Shown one piece after another: positions 61,274 to 64,000 of a stretch of DNA of 64,000 nucleotides. The notes beneath the pieces were generated by a model. That model searched no databases. It saw only the letters and a list, made by a program, of their open reading frames with translations, and had not been told where the DNA came from. The stretch is from NCBI GenBank assembly GCA_016201865.1, contig JACQCA010000081.1, forward strand, positions 9,546 through 73,545, given 5' to 3'. The position numbers were made by a program, and so were the translations under genes. The DNA comes from Nitrospirota bacterium (GTDB lineage: Bacteria; Nitrospirota; Nitrospiria; JACQBZ01). Position 1 is the stretch's first letter, and every line of letters starts with the position of its first letter.

Positions 61274-62191
61274 CTAATCGGATTTCGTCTCCGGTTCGGT
61301 GGAATCATCCTTGGCGCAGCGAAACCCGATCACCGCACTGGTCTGATGCCGGGCGGCCGCAAATCGTTTGGCCGCTCTCGCATTAACCGAAGATTCGTTC
61401 CAGGATCCTCCGCGGTAGATCCGAAATTTTCCCGTCTCGGGTCCCTTTGGAATTTTAAAAGGCGCGTTTTTATAATAATCCGGATCATACCAATCGGCGA
61501 CCCACTCCGCCGCATTCCCCGCCATGTCATATAATCCATAGGGGCTCCGTCCCGACTCAAATTGCCCCGGCGGAGCTAAAAATTTATAGCCGTCCTCTTC
61601 ACCTCTTAAATTGGCCGCCTTTGCGAGGAAATCGTTCCCCCAGGGCCAGCGGTAGCCCTGCTCTCCTCCGGCCGCTTTCTCCCATTCGGCTTCGGTCGGC
61701 AGCCGCTTCCCGGCCCATTGACAATACTCCCTCGCCGCATCCCATGATACCCCGACGACCGGCAAATCGGGTTTGGTGATCAGGGATAGCTCTTCTTGAA
61801 AGACGGGGACCACGGGCATCGGATACCTCGTCGCCGCCGAAAATTGAGAAAATTGGGCCTGGGTCGCCTCTTTAAGATCGATATAAAAAGCCGGCAGGTA
61901 GACCGCATGCTGAGGCATCTCATCCAAATCCCCGGCGCTGGGCAGGCTGCCCATCTGAAAAGGTCCCTCCGGGATCAATACCATCTCTCCGCCGTCTTCG
62001 TCCTTGATCGTTTTGAAGCGGCTGAAATCGCGCTTGCGGCTCTGTCCCTCTTGAATCGGCTCTCCTTTCATGCTCCGGGCCTTGGAGGCCAGTCGGCTGG
62101 ATTTCCAGGCATCATAAATAAAAAAGACGATCATGAGAAAAAAGGCGATGAATGTGATGAGCGTGCCGTAGTACAGCGTATCTTTCTTCAT
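61274..62191 (-). CDS. Formylglycine-generating-enzyme (FGE-sulfatase) family protein, membrane-anchored; paralogue
   Basis: WAGKRLPTEAEWEKAAGG...WPWGND...RGGSWNES. Confidence 0.8.
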   Translation of the reverse strand: MKKDTLYYGTLITFIAFFLMIVFFIYDAWKSSRLASKARSMKGEPIQEGQSRKRDFSRFKTIKDEDGGEMVLIPEGPFQMGSLPSAGDLDEMPQHAVYLPAFYIDLKEATQAQFSQFSAATRYPMPVVPVFQEELSLITKPDLPVVGVSWDAAREYCQWAGKRLPTEAEWEKAAGGEQGYRWPWGNDFLAKAANLRGEEDGYKFLAPPGQFESGRSPYGLYDMAGNAAEWVADWYDPDYYKNAPFKIPKGPETGKFRIYRGGSWNESSVNARAAKRFAAARHQTSAVIGFRCAKDDSTEPETKSD

Positions 62192-62313
62192 GCCGTATCC
62201 TTTCTCAACGACAAGCTTTCCTAACCCTTGGATGGCGGATGCATCGAAACGCGAGCACTATAACCGACCATCCCTGAAAATGCAAGGCCTGCCCGAATCA
62301 AAGCTGCCGCAGT

Positions 62314-62341
62314 TGCATAAGAGCTCCCGGCGACCTATAAT
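62314..62341 (+). promoter_or_regulatory. Sigma70 promoter TTGCAT-N16-TATAAT for the Mo oxidoreductase gene
   Basis: The hexamers are visible in the sequence. The -10 box lies 24 nt upstream of ATG 62365. Confidence 0.5.
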
Positions 62342-62364
62342 GAAAATCGTTACCGGTGTAATCA

Positions 62365-63384
62365 ATGCGCTCCTGGGATCGGCGAAAGTTTCTGAAGATT
62401 TCCGGACTCGGCGTTCTCATGACCCTGGCGACGAGCCGGGTCCAAGGAGCGATGTATTTCCTGAAGACATTCTTATCGCTCCCGTCCCGCCAAACCGCTC
62501 CGATAACACCCAACCCCGAATTCTATGTTTATGACATGGGCCGCATGTCAAAAATGATCCGGGATCTGGATTATTCCCGATGGACGTTGAATCTCACAGG
62601 CCTCGTGAAGAATCCCCTCGCTTTAACGCATGACGCACTGAAGCGACGGCCTTCCCGCGAAGCCGCCGTGACATTGGAATGCATCGAAAATCCGGTGGGC
62701 GGCGATACGATCAGCAATGCGATCTGGCGAGGGGTTTCGCTCAACGATCTTCTCGTCGAAGCCGGAGCGGACCCGTCGGCAAAGAAAGCGGTTCTCAAAG
62801 CAGCGGACGGATACAGCGATAGTATTCCGCTCAAGCGGGCGATGGACGGCGATGTTCTGCTGGCCTATGAAATGAACGGGGTTCCCCTCCCGCGAGAACA
62901 CGGGTATCCCTTGAGGGCCGTCGTCCCCGGAATTTACGGAATGAAGAATGTGAAATGGATCATGGAGATCGAAGTGACGACGGCCGACTATCGAGGGTAT
63001 TGGCAACAGCGCGGGTGGTCCGATGAGGCCGTGATTGGAATCATGTCCCGGATCGACAGCCCCGGGGCCTATCAGGAATTGATCGGTTTGCACCAACCGA
63101 TTCGCGGAATTGCCTTTGCCGGATCGTCCGGCATCCGACAGGTCGAGGTCAGCACCGATGGCGGGCGCACGTGGAGTCCATCTCAAATAGATTCCCCTTT
63201 ATCCCCTTACACGTGGGTATTCTGGCGATTGGACTGGCAGGTTCCCCGGGCCGGGGTCTATCGTATCGTTGTCCGCGCCACCGATCGCTCCGGCCGTCTC
63301 CAGACGGCGGAATACACCCGAGGATTCCCGAACGGGGCAACCGGACTTCATACCGTCATGGTTGAGGTGGTCTCGGCAAAATGA
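62365..63384 (+). CDS. Sulfite-oxidase-family molybdopterin oxidoreductase, TAT-exported
   Basis: Twin-arginine signal DRRKFLKISGLGVLMTLATS. Moco-binding domain plus a dimerisation domain. Length 339 aa. Confidence 0.8.
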   Translation: MRSWDRRKFLKISGLGVLMTLATSRVQGAMYFLKTFLSLPSRQTAPITPNPEFYVYDMGRMSKMIRDLDYSRWTLNLTGLVKNPLALTHDALKRRPSREAAVTLECIENPVGGDTISNAIWRGVSLNDLLVEAGADPSAKKAVLKAADGYSDSIPLKRAMDGDVLLAYEMNGVPLPREHGYPLRAVVPGIYGMKNVKWIMEIEVTTADYRGYWQQRGWSDEAVIGIMSRIDSPGAYQELIGLHQPIRGIAFAGSSGIRQVEVSTDGGRTWSPSQIDSPLSPYTWVFWRLDWQVPRAGVYRIVVRATDRSGRLQTAEYTRGFPNGATGLHTVMVEVVSAK

Positions 63385-63386
63385 AT

Positions 63387-63464
63387 TGGTGTCCCCAAGG
63401 GGATTCGAACCCCTGTTACCGCCGTGAAAGGGCGATGTCCTAGGCCGGGCTAGACGATGGGGAC
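63387..63464 (-). tRNA. tRNA-Glu (UUC)
   Basis: Anticodon arm CGCCCUUUCACGGCG matches E. coli tRNA-Glu. T-arm GGGGUUCGAAUCCCC. Ends in CCA. Confidence 0.85.
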
Positions 63465-63474
63465 GCAAAATAAA

Positions 63475-63550
63475 TGGTGAGCCGCCCGGGATTCGAACCC
63501 GGGACACCCGCCTTAAAAGGGCGGTGCTCTACCAGCTGAGCTAGCGGCTC
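63475..63550 (-). tRNA. tRNA-Lys (UUU)
   Basis: GAGCCGCUAGCUCAGCUGGUAGAGC...CCGCC-CUUUUAA-GGCGG...GGUUCGAAUCC...CCA. Confidence 0.85.
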
Positions 63551-63703
63551 TTAATTATGTCTGGGGGCCCGTGCGGCATGGAACGAAATAGGTCCTCCGA
63601 TGCCCCCAGACCCCGCGGCAGCCCCAGGCAAAGCCTGTTGGCTGCCTTTCTCTCTAATAAGCAAGCAGAAATCTTAACAAACGACCGGCGCCGTGTCAAT
63701 CAA

Positions 63704-64000
63704 TCAGCCCCGAAGGGTGTAGGGATCATCCAGTACGATGGCCTCTTCTCTTCTCGTACCGGTCGAGACCAAAAAGATTCGACACCCCATCAGTTCTTCA
63801 AGCCGTGACAGATAGGCCTTGGCATGGATCGGCAACTGATCATAGCTTTTCATTCCGGTCGTTGAACAGCGCCAGCCGGCCATGGTTTCGTAAATCGGTT
63901 CACACGCTTCCAGAGCGGTCAGACTAGAGGGCATCTCGTTCAACGTCGTTCCGAGGTACCGATAGCCGATACAAATCTTGATCTCATCGCAGGCGTCCAA
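63704..64000 (-). CDS. purA: Adenylosuccinate synthetase, C-terminal part (truncated at the 5' end by the window edge)
   Basis: C-terminal region ...GWRCSTTGMKSYDQLPIHAKAYLSRLEELMGCRIFLVSTGTRREEAIV. Confidence 0.8.
   Translation of the reverse strand: MDACDEIKICIGYRYLGTTLNEMPSSLTALEACEPIYETMAGWRCSTTGMKSYDQLPIHAKAYLSRLEELMGCRIFLVSTGTRREEAIVLDDPYTLRG

Overview
This is a high-GC (~62%) bacterial chromosome segment with dense operons, mostly housekeeping genes. The combination of a CydA-like 'bd-like' oxidase operon carrying three c-type cytochromes, several formylglycine-generating-enzyme (FGE) paralogues and a MoeA/sulfite-oxidase-family enzyme suggests a Nitrospira-like (Nitrospirota) organism, but that is an inference.

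In order along the window:
- Left end: a parA gene and a degenerate ParA-like gene, followed by MerR, HAD, DJ-1, rhodanese and a cell-envelope lipoprotein/outer-membrane-protein cluster (LPP20 x2, LpoB-like, TPR lipoprotein).
- A translationally coupled operon pdxJ-acpS-nnr-tsaE-udg-HIT-lapA.
- A ~4.4 kb lower-GC island (14.99-19.36 kb) carrying an orphan MNT nucleotidyltransferase, two paralogous amino-methyltransferases (DPFAGSGT then SPPY) and a 286-aa putative nuclease, inserted next to mutS.
- mutS, then a GGDEF-GAF diguanylate cyclase.
- The conserved nusA operon on the minus strand (rimP-nusA-infB-DUF503-rbfA-nrnA-truB-rpsO-pnp-M16 peptidase).
- A class IV aminotransferase, relA/spoT, recJ, a RelE/antitoxin pair with a small lower-GC islet, then secDF-yajC-tgt-argS-moeA.
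- A four-gene putative terminal oxidase operon (CydA-like oxidase plus three cytochromes c) preceded by two strongly Shine-Dalgarno (SD)-led mini-ORFs and a duplicated promoter.
- Two FGE-sulfatase paralogues bracketing three tandem small 'YTGAVF' membrane peptides.
- A TAT-exported sulfite-oxidase-family Mo enzyme, tRNA-Glu, tRNA-Lys, and the purA 3' end.

The most unusual signal is a dispersed family of ~25-nt perfect palindromes (GGGGACAGATTTCAAATCTGTCCCC, plus a second GC-rich family). They occupy intercistronic spacers and the rpsO-pnp leader, and are also inserted in-frame inside mutS (twice) and the N-terminal region of udg, in the manner of Rickettsia palindromic elements.

No CRISPR array, rRNA, transposase or integrase was seen.
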